DNA of 64,000 nt, from NCBI GenBank assembly GCA_964579795.1, contig CAZOHM010000012.1, forward strand, positions 244-64,243, read 5' to 3'. How positions within the stretch are numbered: the first letter of the stretch is position 1; the number at the start of each line of letters is the position of its first letter. Positions 55,199 through 64,000 of this stretch are shown piece by piece. The DNA comes from an uncultured Lachnospiraceae bacterium. Its GTDB lineage: Bacteria > Bacillota > Clostridia > Lachnospirales > Lachnospiraceae. Both the position numbers and the translations under genes were made by a program. The notes below the pieces were generated by a model. That model had not been told where the DNA came from and searched no databases. It saw only the letters and a program-made list of their open reading frames with translations.

Positions 55199-55766
55199 CT
55201 GTATACTTCTCCAAATTACTTTTTTTATTTAGTCTGGCCGTCACAATTCTATAAATAAATCCCGCTGCAAAAAAAGCTGCCCATATTCTAATACACCACA
55301 ACTTGCTTTGTGTAGACACTGACGCTGTTTGTATGAAATCCGTATGTACTGTCTGATATGACTTAATCGTAATCATAAGTAAACTGTTCTCTATACAATC
55401 AAATACACCTCGACCAATCGATACACAAATCATAATTATTCGTACAGCTCTCTCCCATAAATTACCGTTTTTGGAAAACAACATACCTGAAATCATACAT
55501 TGAAACATTCCAAAAAACAATACAAATCCAAAATCTGCAAAATAATACTTATTATAGCTTTCCAGCAAATCGGGGGGCATACATTCAAGCTGTCTGGCAA
55601 CAATTTCAGCATCATACGACTTCATGTCAAATGTTCCATATCCATCATTATGCTTCTCTACTTCACTACTTCCCCATGAGCTGAATTCCACCCAATAGAA
55701 ACTTAACAGGAACGCAATTGTTATCACAATCCTATATACTTTTTTGTTTTTGATTATCTGCTTCAT
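55176..55766 (-). CDS. Membrane protein of unknown function
   Basis: 196 aa from ATG 55766 (8 nt after GGAGG). Several hydrophobic helices. Its 3' end overlaps the lipase start by 23 nt. Confidence 0.55.
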   Translation of the reverse strand: MKQIIKNKKVYRIVITIAFLLSFYWVEFSSWGSSEVEKHNDGYGTFDMKSYDAEIVARQLECMPPDLLESYNKYYFADFGFVLFFGMFQCMISGMLFSKNGNLWERAVRIIMICVSIGRGVFDCIENSLLMITIKSYQTVHTDFIQTASVSTQSKLWCIRIWAAFFAAGFIYRIVTARLNKKSNLEKYTDGDGNSR

Positions 55767-55858
55767 ACTTATATCCTCCAAATTTTTATACTATGTTTAC
55801 AAGTCTCACCCATTTTTAAGGTGAGCACCTGCTTACCATTAGTATAGTGAGCGAGTGC

Positions 55859-56491
55859 TTACTTTGTCAAGATATTTTCTGATCTTCTCTTTTCATCCAG
55901 CAGAATCCATTCATCCAGTGTCAATGGTTCATAATCTGAAAACATACAAAAGCAGTTAATCATATTGCAGGAAACAGAGATCAGTTCCTCATTTTCACGT
56001 GATTTGCGTTTACTCTCTCTTGTTTCCTGCAAAAATTTATTTACCAAGTATTCATCAAATGTATCATGAACATGTCCATACAGCATATACGCTTTTGGAT
56101 TTCCATTTTTGTCTTTGTGAAACTGGCCATTGTAGCAGAATACTGGATAGTGGCAAAGAATCACTTTACGTTTCTCATCATTTACTTCTCTGTAGGAATC
56201 AATCCAATGAAACCTTTCTGCATGGAAGCTCTTATCCTGTAAATATTTATCATGATTTCCCTGTATTAAATACAGTTCACCATTCAGCTGTTCCAGTATT
56301 TCATTTGTCTCTTTTCCTTTTCCAATGGAAAAGTCTCCAAGAATTACTACATCATCATTCTTACGCACTTTTGCGTTCCATTTGGAAATCATATACTGAT
56401 GCATCATTTCAACACTGTCAAAACCACGCTTGTCCATATGTTGATTCAGTGCTTGATGAAAAAAGTGTAAATCCGAAATATAATATCTCAT
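55859..56491 (-). CDS. Metallophosphoesterase family protein
   Basis: Motifs DLHFFH, GDFS, GNHD and GHVH in canonical order. Confidence 0.85.
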   Translation of the reverse strand: MRYYISDLHFFHQALNQHMDKRGFDSVEMMHQYMISKWNAKVRKNDDVVILGDFSIGKGKETNEILEQLNGELYLIQGNHDKYLQDKSFHAERFHWIDSYREVNDEKRKVILCHYPVFCYNGQFHKDKNGNPKAYMLYGHVHDTFDEYLVNKFLQETRESKRKSRENEELISVSCNMINCFCMFSDYEPLTLDEWILLDEKRRSENILTK

Positions 56492-56515
56492 GTTTATCTG
56501 CTGCTCCCTTTATTG

Positions 56516-57004
56516 TTACAGTTTCTCACGCCAGTATGTGACAAGCTTCTCCAGACTCCATGCTGCGTTTGCCGGACTGGTTGATGGCATTTTATAAACA
56601 GTAGGGAAATCTTCCATGCAATAGTATTTGCAAAAAAAATCGTAGGCTTTCCCACCATTAATCAATATACGCTGGATTGGAGCATGCTTTGTAATTCGTG
56701 TAATATCGTTGACTTGAATATTTTGAATAGAGCTGTCACTTGAGCCTTTGATTTCACAGGATGCTATCACATCCCATACAGCAATATGGTTGCGTAAAAG
56801 AAACGCCTTCTTCTCGTCCACCGTTTCTGGTATCTTTTCATCTTTTATCTGTGCAAGCATTTTCCAGAATCTATTTTGCGGATGTCCATAAAAAAACTGA
56901 CTTTCTCTTGATTTTACAGACGGAAAGGAGCCAAGAATTAGTATTCTCGCTCCTTCGTCATAAACTGGTTCTATCGTATGTTCTGCGTGCTTAAATTCTG
57001 TCAT
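56516..57004 (-). CDS. DNA-deoxyinosine (hypoxanthine) glycosylase, UDG family 6-like
   Basis: 162 aa. ILILGSFPSVKSRESQFFYGHPQNRFW matches the family signature as I recall it. Confidence 0.75.
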   Translation of the reverse strand: MTEFKHAEHTIEPVYDEGARILILGSFPSVKSRESQFFYGHPQNRFWKMLAQIKDEKIPETVDEKKAFLLRNHIAVWDVIASCEIKGSSDSSIQNIQVNDITRITKHAPIQRILINGGKAYDFFCKYYCMEDFPTVYKMPSTSPANAAWSLEKLVTYWREKL

Positions 57005-57010
57005 AACAGC

Positions 57011-59332
57011 TTACCTGTGGGCTTTTATCTTTGCCCTTACTATATCATAAATGACATGCAATGAAAATCTCTGTTTTCTTCTCTCTTTTAAGGATTGTTG
57101 TAACAAAAGCTGTTGTTCCTTTGCTTTTTGCAGACACTCTTCTGTAACGGGTGCTTCTCCGTATACATATGCCTCATAATCATGTAAAAAATCCAGTGCC
57201 GCTTCAGGAAGTACTCCCTGAGCCCTTGCTTTCAGCTCTGAAAATGTCTCAGCCAATCCACGTTCTATATGAAACTTTTGCAGCAAAACAAGATTTCTTT
57301 TAATCTCTATCATGTATCTCTCTTCTGTATTCATACGACGATACCGAAAACTAAAAATCATTCTCTCCAAAACAAAGCAAATTGTTGCCATGACGAAAAT
57401 CATGCCAAGTGTAATTCCGACAATCTTTAAAAAAATAACTGTTCGCTGAATATCATATTCTGATTCATTATCATCTTGCTTCTTATCTTCCTGTTCCTCC
57501 TGTTCTTCATGCCCCCCATAACCATATGGTTTTCCTGCTGTGCCCGCATATGCTGTTCCACCGATATCCCATGGTGTATAACGGATTTCGGCATACCCCG
57601 GTGTTGGTTCAAACGGAACCCATCCAAACCCTGCTATATATACTTCCGGCCATGCATGTGAATTGCCTGAATACACCGAAACCGCTTTGTCAGCGTGGGT
57701 TGCAATGCTAAATCCTTCTACATATCTTGCCGGAATTCCCTCTGCCCTTGCAAGCAGAACAAATGCTGTTGCAAAATAAGAACAATAGCCTTCCTTCTTC
57801 TCGAGAAAATAATCAAGAAACTCGCCCGAACTTTTTATTTTTGAAGGAACCGCTCCCGGTATTCTCGTATATGTATAGGAAGACAACTCCTTCTCAATTG
57901 CTTGTAGTTTTCCTATTTCGGTTGTTTCATTCTTTGTGATTTGTTCAAGATAATCAGCTGCCTTTTCAGAGAGAACGACGTCTGTCTGATTGTGCATGGC
58001 TATCTCTTGACGATAGGCTTGAAGCTCAGCCAGTGTCGGTCTATGTTCAGACGCAGGAATTGTCCTTGCCACAACTGTATTCCACAGCTCTTCGTTTTCT
58101 GGCTTCTGCTCTTCCATATATTCGTATAAAGCAGGCTGATCCAGATTTAACTGCGTAAATGACAGCTCATAATCTGTTCCGTATCCTTGTTTTTTCTGAA
58201 ACTCAAATTCTCTGTCTTGTGTATATGCTTTTTCACAATCAATTTTCTGCGTCTTAAGCGGTGCAAATAAGTATCCGGATTGGAAAAATCGATATCTTAC
58301 TGCTAATTTTGTCTCATCAGCAAAATTTGCCCTGATGCCATCATATCGTTCAAGTGCATACAATGTCTCAAGCGTATCCATTAACCGTTCATTTTGAAGG
58401 GTATTTTCTCTGGCACTCCACGCATGTCCATCAAAGCTGTCATATATTTTTCCAACCAGATACACATTCGTTTTTAAACGTTTTGATCCCTGTACAATCA
58501 TAATCTGCTGCTTTGTATCCAGTATGTTTCCCTTTATCTCACCCGTTTCAGATGCACCTGCAAAATCTATATCAAATTCTTCAGCATTTCCATTTGTAAT
58601 ATCCTCTACAACAGTTATGACTGATTCACGAACAGTTTCATATGCTTTTTTTACGATTTTCCAGTCATATGGTTTTTCAAATGCAGGAAGCAGAGAAAGT
58701 ATCAGTAAATAGAGTATGCAAAAGGGAAGTATCCAGAGCATATATAATTTGCGCTCTCCGCTTTTTTCCTTTGGCCAGTGGCACTTAGTCCATTCAATAT
58801 AACTCAGCAAACCATACCATATTATGAATACTGTCCCCATATGGCTTATTGATTTCCGAAGAAACATACAGATAAGCAATGCAACAATCAATATACCTGC
58901 TAACACATATCGTATTTTCTGAAACCGCTCAAGAAGAACCTCCATAAAATAGCAGATAAGTGCAACTAAAACAGTCTGGAAAAGTTCATATGCAGGCTGC
59001 TGATCAATATAATATGCATTAGGACCTGTCAGCCATCCGAAATAGCCACTGAAAAATCCCCATATATTAGCGGGTTTAACAAATATAAAAAGAGCAATTA
59101 CAGCAGCTAGAAAACAAATTCCATAAAGAAGCCTTCCTTTTAAGCTGAGAAGCCTCCATAAGACTATTAATCCAAGTGCCACTATTCCAAGAAGAAAATG
59201 ACGAACACCAAGCTCTGCAATTCCAATTAATCCACCTGCTGCCGCTAATACAATACACAAAAAAAGAACAGCGTAGACAACCCTGTATAACTCTTCACTC
59301 AAATTTGCCTTTTTGCGTTCATTTTTACTCAT
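57011..59332 (-). CDS. Transglutaminase-like domain membrane protein (TgpA-like)
   Basis: 773 aa. N-terminal polytopic region, transglutaminase core GYCSYFATAFVLLARAEGIPARYVEGF ... HAWPEVY, and a C-terminal TM. Confidence 0.88.
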   Translation of the reverse strand: MSKNERKKANLSEELYRVVYAVLFLCIVLAAAGGLIGIAELGVRHFLLGIVALGLIVLWRLLSLKGRLLYGICFLAAVIALFIFVKPANIWGFFSGYFGWLTGPNAYYIDQQPAYELFQTVLVALICYFMEVLLERFQKIRYVLAGILIVALLICMFLRKSISHMGTVFIIWYGLLSYIEWTKCHWPKEKSGERKLYMLWILPFCILYLLILSLLPAFEKPYDWKIVKKAYETVRESVITVVEDITNGNAEEFDIDFAGASETGEIKGNILDTKQQIMIVQGSKRLKTNVYLVGKIYDSFDGHAWSARENTLQNERLMDTLETLYALERYDGIRANFADETKLAVRYRFFQSGYLFAPLKTQKIDCEKAYTQDREFEFQKKQGYGTDYELSFTQLNLDQPALYEYMEEQKPENEELWNTVVARTIPASEHRPTLAELQAYRQEIAMHNQTDVVLSEKAADYLEQITKNETTEIGKLQAIEKELSSYTYTRIPGAVPSKIKSSGEFLDYFLEKKEGYCSYFATAFVLLARAEGIPARYVEGFSIATHADKAVSVYSGNSHAWPEVYIAGFGWVPFEPTPGYAEIRYTPWDIGGTAYAGTAGKPYGYGGHEEQEEQEDKKQDDNESEYDIQRTVIFLKIVGITLGMIFVMATICFVLERMIFSFRYRRMNTEERYMIEIKRNLVLLQKFHIERGLAETFSELKARAQGVLPEAALDFLHDYEAYVYGEAPVTEECLQKAKEQQLLLQQSLKERRKQRFSLHVIYDIVRAKIKAHR

Positions 59333-60492
59333 AGCACATCCTTCAACTCTGCATTTGGATCTACAACGATAATTCTCAATCGTTCATTGCCCTTTTTTAG
59401 CAGTAATTCAATATCTTGATCTGTTACAACATAAAGAACAATCAATACTCCAAGATTCAGCAGTGGCTCAAGCATAACCAGCATTTCATCAGTAATATCC
59501 TGCATCACACCTATTAATATTTTGCTCTGTTGTTTCATACATTGCTCGAGTACTTTTTGAAGCTGCTGCTTTGAATCGATTTCTGTATTGAAATACATTG
59601 CAGAAACACTTTGATAAAGTGCATCATACTCCTGCAGATTTCTAATAACACGATTTTCTGCCTGTTGTCCATTAAGCATGGAAAATGAAATATTTCTTTC
59701 CACAAAAAACAAGCCTAATGCAAGTGTCAATTCCAACATCTGATTTTCAACAGGCAGATATTCCAGCTTTTCCTTACTGTATCTCTTACTATCCATATAA
59801 ATTGAAATAAGCTGTTTTTCTTCCCCGATACGTTTTCGCGTCATCAGCTTCTGTTCTCGTGCAGAAGCTTTCCAGTTAATATACTTAAGGGGATCTCCCT
59901 GCATATATTCTCTTACAACCACATCTGGCTCTGTATTGGAAAAATAGTTTTCATTTTGAGACACCGATACAAAATCAGAAATACTTCGCAGCTCCTCCAA
60001 ATGAATCATTCTTGGCTGTACCTGTGCCTTAATCGTCTCTCGAAGTACGTACTTAAAAGAAAACAGACGAAAGAAATCTGTAATAGTCACTTCTTTTATG
60101 CCTACCTCATATTCCCCACGATATTTGCAGACAAGGCGCGTTTCATAAGTAAAACGGTCTTTTGGAAGCAGCTCATATTCCATATCCTCTGAAATATTTT
60201 CTACATAGGAAAGCGATGAAAACAGCTTTGTCTTTACACTTGCAAAACCATACTTATCCTCATTCTGCAGAACAAAATAGTATGGCACTGCCTGCCTGCA
60301 GACAATATATCTGCTATTAATCTGTTGAAAAATCCTGAAACGGAAGAATACACATAAAATATATATTAAAGAAATGAGTGGAATCAAGGATACACCAAAA
60401 AACAGTCCATAACTAACTGCTCCGCCATAAAAGCTAATAAAAATCAAAGATACTACCCACAACCCCAGTAGAATGCCTCTGCGTAGTCGCAT
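59329..60492 (-). CDS. DUF58 domain-containing protein
   Basis: Two N-terminal TM helices and the DUF58 motif VREYMQGDPLKYINWKASAR. Overlaps the downstream gene by 4 nt. Confidence 0.85.
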   Translation of the reverse strand: MRLRRGILLGLWVVSLIFISFYGGAVSYGLFFGVSLIPLISLIYILCVFFRFRIFQQINSRYIVCRQAVPYYFVLQNEDKYGFASVKTKLFSSLSYVENISEDMEYELLPKDRFTYETRLVCKYRGEYEVGIKEVTITDFFRLFSFKYVLRETIKAQVQPRMIHLEELRSISDFVSVSQNENYFSNTEPDVVVREYMQGDPLKYINWKASAREQKLMTRKRIGEEKQLISIYMDSKRYSKEKLEYLPVENQMLELTLALGLFFVERNISFSMLNGQQAENRVIRNLQEYDALYQSVSAMYFNTEIDSKQQLQKVLEQCMKQQSKILIGVMQDITDEMLVMLEPLLNLGVLIVLYVVTDQDIELLLKKGNERLRIIVVDPNAELKDVL

Positions 60493-60505
60493 GTCTGCCT
60501 CCTTG

Positions 60506-61441
60506 CTAAACCGGTATCTTCACCTTAAGAATCAGGCTTTTCAAAATATCTGATACATTTTCCTTACGGATCTGCGCTTCTGAAGACAATACAAGCCTGT
60601 GAGCCAGTACACTGTCTGCAACATATTTTACATCATCCGGCTTTACATAATCCCTGTTTTCCAAGAACGCATTTGCCTGTGCTGCTCTTACGAGCAAAAG
60701 CAATGCTCTTGGACTTGCCCCAAGACGAAATCTCTCCTCAGCTCTTGTCTTTTCAATGATTCCTTCCATATATTCCAACAGTCCCGGTGTCACCTTAATC
60801 TCACTTACCTGCTTTCTGACTGCAACAATGTCATCCGCTTCACATACAGCTTCCACTGTATCAGGAGTCTGTCCTTCGAGGAATCTGGATACCATACAAA
60901 TCTCCTGTTCCTTGTCAGGATATCCAATGGAAAGGCGCATCATAAAACGATCCATCTGCGCTTCAGGCAATGGATAAGTACCAAGAAACTCCACTGGATT
61001 CTGTGTTGCAATAACCATAAAAGGATTAGGCAGAATATAGGTTTCCCCATCTACTGTTACCTGTCCCTCTGCCATCGCCTCTAAAAGACTGGACTGTGTT
61101 TTAGGTGAGGTTCTGTTAATCTCGTCTCCTAACAGGATATGATGCATAATTACACCGTCACGATGCTCAAATTCGCCGTTTTTCATATTATAGACAGACA
61201 TACCAACAATATCTCCCGGTAAAGTATCCGGTGTGAACTGGATTCGTCCAAATGAACAGTTTGTGCTTTTTGCAAGTGTTGCTGCAAGTGTCGTTTTTCC
61301 TACACCCGGTACATCCTCTAACAATACATGTCCTCCGGCAATCAGACAAATTAACACTTTATGTACAATTTCCTCTTTTCCTACAAATACACAATTTATT
61401 GCACTCTCCATTTGTTCTATAAGCTGTTGTTCTCTTGTCAT
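60506..61441 (-). CDS. MoxR-family AAA+ ATPase
   Basis: Walker A GVPGVGKT, Walker B LLGDEINR, about 311 aa. Confidence 0.92.
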   Translation of the reverse strand: MTREQQLIEQMESAINCVFVGKEEIVHKVLICLIAGGHVLLEDVPGVGKTTLAATLAKSTNCSFGRIQFTPDTLPGDIVGMSVYNMKNGEFEHRDGVIMHHILLGDEINRTSPKTQSSLLEAMAEGQVTVDGETYILPNPFMVIATQNPVEFLGTYPLPEAQMDRFMMRLSIGYPDKEQEICMVSRFLEGQTPDTVEAVCEADDIVAVRKQVSEIKVTPGLLEYMEGIIEKTRAEERFRLGASPRALLLLVRAAQANAFLENRDYVKPDDVKYVADSVLAHRLVLSSEAQIRKENVSDILKSLILKVKIPV

Positions 61442-61464
61442 AACAGTGTCGCTCCCTTTCTGTC

Positions 61465-62697
61465 TTAAGCAGTTTTTTCTTTAAACGAAATCTTTAATGC
61501 AATCGGTGTAACAACGGCAGACACTACTATAAGCAAAATAATTGGTGCAAGATACTGCGTATCCAATACCCCTGTATCAATTGCCTTTTGTGCTACAATC
61601 AATGCAACTTCTCCTCTTGTCATCATACCAAAACCTATGCGCACAGAATCCTTCATACTAAATCTTGACAATTTGGCAATCAATCCGCATCCCAAAAGCT
61701 TACTGAGCAGTGCGACAGCAATCAATGCAATCGTGAACCAAAGCATTGACAGACTAAACGTACTTAAGTTTGTTTTCAAACCGATAGATGCAAAAAAGAT
61801 TGGTCCAAAAAACATATATCCGGTAGAGTCTACTTTCTTTTCTATGTATTCACTGGATTTCAAATTACAAAGCATCACACCGGCACAATACGCACCAGTA
61901 ATATCGGCAATTCCAAAAAATGTCTCTGCCGCCCATGCAAGTCCAAAACAAAGTGCCAGTCCATATACCGCCACTCTCTGTGATGCCTCATGACCCTTGA
62001 AAATTTTCGGAGCAATTTTATTAATTAATAATCCAATTGCAATCGCAAGTACAAAAAACAGCACTGTCTTAACAAGTGTCATCGCAATTCCACCTGAAGC
62101 TCCACTACTTGCAGCTACACCACTTGCGGCCGCGTTATCTGATGTTGCCATATTAGAAACAATCGTTAAAACTATGATACCCAGTACATCATCAATAATT
62201 GCAGCAGAAATAATTGTAGTTCCAACCGCTCCCTGCAGCTTTCCCAAATCACGTAAGGCCTGTATGGTGATACTGACAGATGTTGCTGTCAATATTGTTC
62301 CAAGAAACAATGCTGCAGCAAAAGCAGGGGTTCCCGGTGATGCAAACCCGTTAAATGCCATAAACAAGAGTGCGCCATTGACTAATGGAAGAATAACTCC
62401 TCCCGTAGCAATTAATAACGCTTTTAATCCTGCATTTTTTAGTTCGTCCAGATTCGTTTCAAGCCCGGCATAAAACATCAGCAGAATCACTCCGATTTCA
62501 GCCGCTTTGTCCAAAAAATTATTTCCGTTAATCAAACCAAGTACACTTGGACCAATCAATAATCCGGCTAAAAGCTCACCTACTACCGGTGGAATATTGA
62601 TTTTTTTTACAAGTAGCCCAAATGTTTTTGCTACCAGAATAATAATAGCTACTTGACCAATTAACGTTGTTGTTGATACTACAGGTAATGTTTCCAT
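61465..62697 (-). CDS. Cation:proton antiporter (CPA2/Kef-NapA type)
   Basis: 410 aa, about 12 TM. PPVVGELLAGLLIGPSVLG N-terminal motif. Confidence 0.88.
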   Translation of the reverse strand: METLPVVSTTTLIGQVAIIILVAKTFGLLVKKINIPPVVGELLAGLLIGPSVLGLINGNNFLDKAAEIGVILLMFYAGLETNLDELKNAGLKALLIATGGVILPLVNGALLFMAFNGFASPGTPAFAAALFLGTILTATSVSITIQALRDLGKLQGAVGTTIISAAIIDDVLGIIVLTIVSNMATSDNAAASGVAASSGASGGIAMTLVKTVLFFVLAIAIGLLINKIAPKIFKGHEASQRVAVYGLALCFGLAWAAETFFGIADITGAYCAGVMLCNLKSSEYIEKKVDSTGYMFFGPIFFASIGLKTNLSTFSLSMLWFTIALIAVALLSKLLGCGLIAKLSRFSMKDSVRIGFGMMTRGEVALIVAQKAIDTGVLDTQYLAPIILLIVVSAVVTPIALKISFKEKTA

Positions 62698-62726
62698 ATT
62701 ATTTGCCCTCTCATGTTATGTTGAAT

Positions 62727-63914
62727 TTAAATTATCAGATCCATGTAACCCCAGTCCCATATGACTGCTTCAAAACTGTTTTCTAAGTATTCTTCTATAT
62801 CATCATCACTGTACCCGGTCATTCTGAAAAGGACAGCGGTAATTTCTATCAGATCACTCTTTGACAGGCTTCCTGTTATATCCCATTTTAAAAGAAGCCA
62901 ATGCTTCAATACCGCATATTCCAGCGCAAGCCACTCCAGCTTCATTGTCATATCATACATGGAATTCTCTCCAAGTATACAGGAAGAATAAATCTCCTCA
63001 CAAATTAGTACACGAAGTTCTGTTTCAAATGGCAAAAGCTCTTTTTTAAAGGCAGAGCTCATCGACTGAATCTGCTTCGCTTCATATGCCTTCTCATAAT
63101 ACTCTGCACGCTGTGCAATTGGCTCCAGAAGCTGCCTGTAAATACCCTTTTTACGATAATTATCTGCTATATCCAGAAGCAGCTCATTGTCTTCCTGAAA
63201 TCGCTCAGCATCATTCACTTTACGTTTGTGAATCGCTTTTTTCAGCTCACTGACAATTTCAGAATTCTGATACTCTCTAACCAGTTCAGTTGTCAGCTCT
63301 TCTTTTTCATCCTGCTCATTCAGCTCCAGAATCAGATAGAAAATTATTTTCATGGCATTTTCCAGAGGTAACGAAGGTTCAGATGCAATCTGAAGAAACC
63401 AATCACGTATTAAAAATACATAATCTGCTATTTCAGGCACTGCTTCACATGCAGCTTCTCTGAAATCAGCGGCTTTCTCATCTTCTTCAGTGATAATACA
63501 AAACGCCTTCTTTTCCCAAAGCAGTTCCAGTACCCTTTGACAGCCTACAGAAAGTGTATATTCCGTACGATTAGATAATTCGTGCTTTTCTCGTGGAAAG
63601 GTATGACATGTCTCAGAAAGACATTCCTCTCCATAATTCAATACAAGCCTGCACAATCTATTTTCGTTCAAAAAAGGACATTTTCTGTTTTCGTTCAGTT
63701 TTATAGAATAGTTTTCTATCTGTCTTTGTGTATATTCCGATAGATTGGATAAGCATGGCTTAGTTTCAGGCGGCGGACACATCCGCTTCCATGCTTCTCT
63801 TGTTTTTTCATCAACAGTAATTGTCCAGTCCTGACAGCATGTAAATTTACAGCTTGCAGTCTGACAATTAAATCTGTCATAATAATCCGGCTTTACTATT
63901 TGCATAAATATCAA
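62727..63914 (-). CDS. FliB-family (flagellin lysine-N-methylase-like) Cys-rich protein
   Basis: N-terminal Cys cluster YYDRFNCQTASCKFTCCQDW ... NRKCPFLNENRLCRL. Start uncertain (TTG 63914 or ATG 63905). Confidence 0.65.
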   Translation of the reverse strand: MIFMQIVKPDYYDRFNCQTASCKFTCCQDWTITVDEKTREAWKRMCPPPETKPCLSNLSEYTQRQIENYSIKLNENRKCPFLNENRLCRLVLNYGEECLSETCHTFPREKHELSNRTEYTLSVGCQRVLELLWEKKAFCIITEEDEKAADFREAACEAVPEIADYVFLIRDWFLQIASEPSLPLENAMKIIFYLILELNEQDEKEELTTELVREYQNSEIVSELKKAIHKRKVNDAERFQEDNELLLDIADNYRKKGIYRQLLEPIAQRAEYYEKAYEAKQIQSMSSAFKKELLPFETELRVLICEEIYSSCILGENSMYDMTMKLEWLALEYAVLKHWLLLKWDITGSLSKSDLIEITAVLFRMTGYSDDDIEEYLENSFEAVIWDWGYMDLII

Positions 63915-64000
63915 TATCTCCTATTGGTGAAGCAACTACATATTTATTATTTTCTATAAATATATAGTTGTCAATAGATGGAACAAATGTGAAATACTTC

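Noticed and set aside
1-64000. Mobile elements, prophage, genomic island boundaries, tRNA/rRNA genes
   Set aside because: I saw no integrase, transposase, recombinase or phage structural motifs. There are no long terminal inverted or direct repeats and no tRNA-like cloverleaf candidates in the intergenic spacers. Composition looks uniform by eye.

Overview
This 64-kb window looks like an ordinary chromosomal segment of a low-GC Firmicute (Clostridia, Lachnospiraceae-like gene content and AGGAGG-type ribosome-binding sites). It holds about 60 protein-coding genes, mostly on the minus strand. I found no rRNA, tRNA, CRISPR array, transposase, integrase or phage genes. All family calls come from motif recognition by eye; no database search was run.

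Gene content, in order:
- A three-component sugar sensor: membrane-anchored binding protein, LytS/YesM-type histidine kinase, REC-AraC regulator, then a transporter binding lipoprotein.
- ftsH (with an 18-bp tandem-repeat tail), pyrG, and an MBOAT plus DltD-like O-acylation pair.
- A nucleotidyltransferase, DUF1846, and an hsp20 whose promoter is overlapped by a CIRCE element.
- A split chrA pair, a LysR regulator, and two nucleoside phosphorylases.
- A MarR-linked operon of two ArsA/Get3-type ATPases flanking a small Met-rich ORF.
- A pentose cluster controlled by a ROK regulator: FucI-like isomerase, DUF4867 and xylB.
- A MATE pump, a ferritin-like protein, and a T-box leader upstream of metA.
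- A compact ORF pair that resembles discontiguous PolC segments.
- A GH3/ABC/AraC/CE4 glycan-utilisation locus, and a two-domain PPK2.
- A MarR-adh-aldh detoxification operon, a WYL/GyrI-like pair, and lipases.
- A MoxR-DUF58-transglutaminase operon, a CPA2 antiporter and a FliB-like protein.

The most interesting candidates are:
- The ArsA-HSP20 pair with its small Met-rich protein. It has no arsenic-resistance context and shares a MarR operator.
- The mini-PolC-like ORFs.
- A 17-mer shared by two promoters in the ROK/xylB cluster.
- An unannotated 36-aa hydrophobic peptide gene.
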